Below, piece after piece: positions 62,901-64,000 of a stretch of DNA of 64,000 bases (its first letter is position 1; every line of letters begins with the position of its first letter). Both the position numbers and the translations under genes were made by a program. The stretch is from contig NC_069002.1 in NCBI RefSeq assembly GCF_001194135.2, positions 3,773,026-3,837,025 on the forward strand, read 5' to 3'. The DNA comes from Octopus bimaculoides (Eukaryota). The notes under the pieces are model-generated. The model did not search any database and had not been told where the DNA came from. It saw only the letters and a list, made by a program, of their open reading frames with translations.

Positions 62901-64000
62901 ACACGAAGCAAATCTTGGATAAATTTTGGTCAATAGCAGCAGCCCAGGCCAAATTTAACATAATGAATAAATAAATAAATAAAACACAAATATATGCGTA
63001 TCTCACTGTCTTCAAATTCTTCCTCTTTCTACTTTCTTTCTATCTATCCCTTTCTATGTGTGTTTGTGTATGTATGTATGCATATATCTCTTTCTCGTTC
63101 TCTCTCTCTCCACACACATATATACGCACGCAGACACAAACACACACTACGCAATTAAAATTTTTAAATCCTTTCAAATAAAGGCACAAGGCCTGAAATT
63201 TGGGGGAGGGGGACTAGTCGATTGCATCGACCCCCAATGTTTCACTGGTACTTAATTTATCGACCTCCGAAAGGATGAAACGCAACGTCGACCTAGGCGG
63301 AATTTGAACTCAGAACGTAAAGACGAACGAAATACCGCTAAGCGTTTCGCCCGGCCTGCTAACGTTTCTTATTTCTTTATTGCCCACAAGGGGCTAAACA
63401 TAGAGGGGACAAACAAGGACAGACAAAGGGATTAAGTCGGTTACATCGACCCCAGCGCGGAGCTGGTACTTAATTTATCGACCCCGAAAGGATGAAAGGC
63501 AAATTCGACCTCAGCGGAATTAGAACTCAGAACGTAAGGTCAAGCGAAATACCACTAAGCATTTCGCCCGCTTTAATAATGATGATGATGATGATGATAA
63601 TAGGGTTTCAAATTTTGCCGCAAGGGCAGCCATTTTGGGGAGCGGATGAATCGATTACATCGACCCCAGTGTTCAACTGGTACTTGTTTTATCGACCCCG
63701 ACAGGATGAAAGGCAATGTCAACCCCGGTGGAATTTGAACTCAGAACGATAGCGACGGGCGAAATACCGCTATGCATTTCGTCCAGAGCGTTAACGATTC
63801 TGCCAGCTCGCCACCTTATATTATTATTATTATTATTTTATGTTTGACTTTTGTTTTGCATTTGTACAAGTTGGATCCAAGTCTCACCCAGAGACCTCAA
63901 GAGACAACAAGTTAGAAGTTCATGTAGGTGTTATGCCTAGGGTACCATATATTTGGATTTGTACAGTTTTGTTCAAGTGAATGTTTAAGAAACCATAAGA

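Noticed and set aside
24679-63255. ORFs rich in HT, YI, VC, poly-I or poly-G/V repeats
   Set aside because: Translations of (CA)n, (TA)n, (AAT)n and (GGT)n microsatellites and SINE bodies.

Overview
AT-rich, microsatellite- and SINE-dense animal genomic DNA with about 15 N-gaps. The repeat families suggest a coleoid cephalopod, most likely Octopus (inference from remembered repeat families, not a database hit). One protein-coding gene is well supported: a minus-strand TAB2/TAB3 orthologue (TAK1-binding adaptor). Six coding exons were reconstructed by eye (42381-42280, 37629-36645, 32880-32747, 28778-28703, 26595-26506, 25118 into gap). All junctions are GT-AG and phase-consistent. They give an N-terminal CUE domain, a long S/P/Q/H-rich disordered region and the TAK1-binding coiled coil. 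The last exon runs into an N-gap that probably hides the NZF zinc finger. A likely non-coding first exon and CpG-rich NRF1/ETS/YY1-type promoter lie at about 53.0-53.2 kb. The rest is decayed mobile DNA: three abundant SINE/LINE-tail families, RTE, R4/Dong-like and APE-LINE fragments, a Penelope-like element, mariner pieces and hAT/piggyBac/Tc1-type MITEs. Most interesting: (1) a Penelope-like element whose terminal repeat combines a tRNA-like Pol III promoter with a degenerate minimal hammerhead ribozyme; (2) a second short repeat family whose intact hammerhead core can be reconstructed from two copies; (3) an unannotated pre-miRNA-like hairpin at 4.14-4.21 kb; (4) several long fold-back elements, including one carrying paired AP-1 sites beside the TAB2 promoter. 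No CRISPR array, rRNA or intact tRNA gene is supported.
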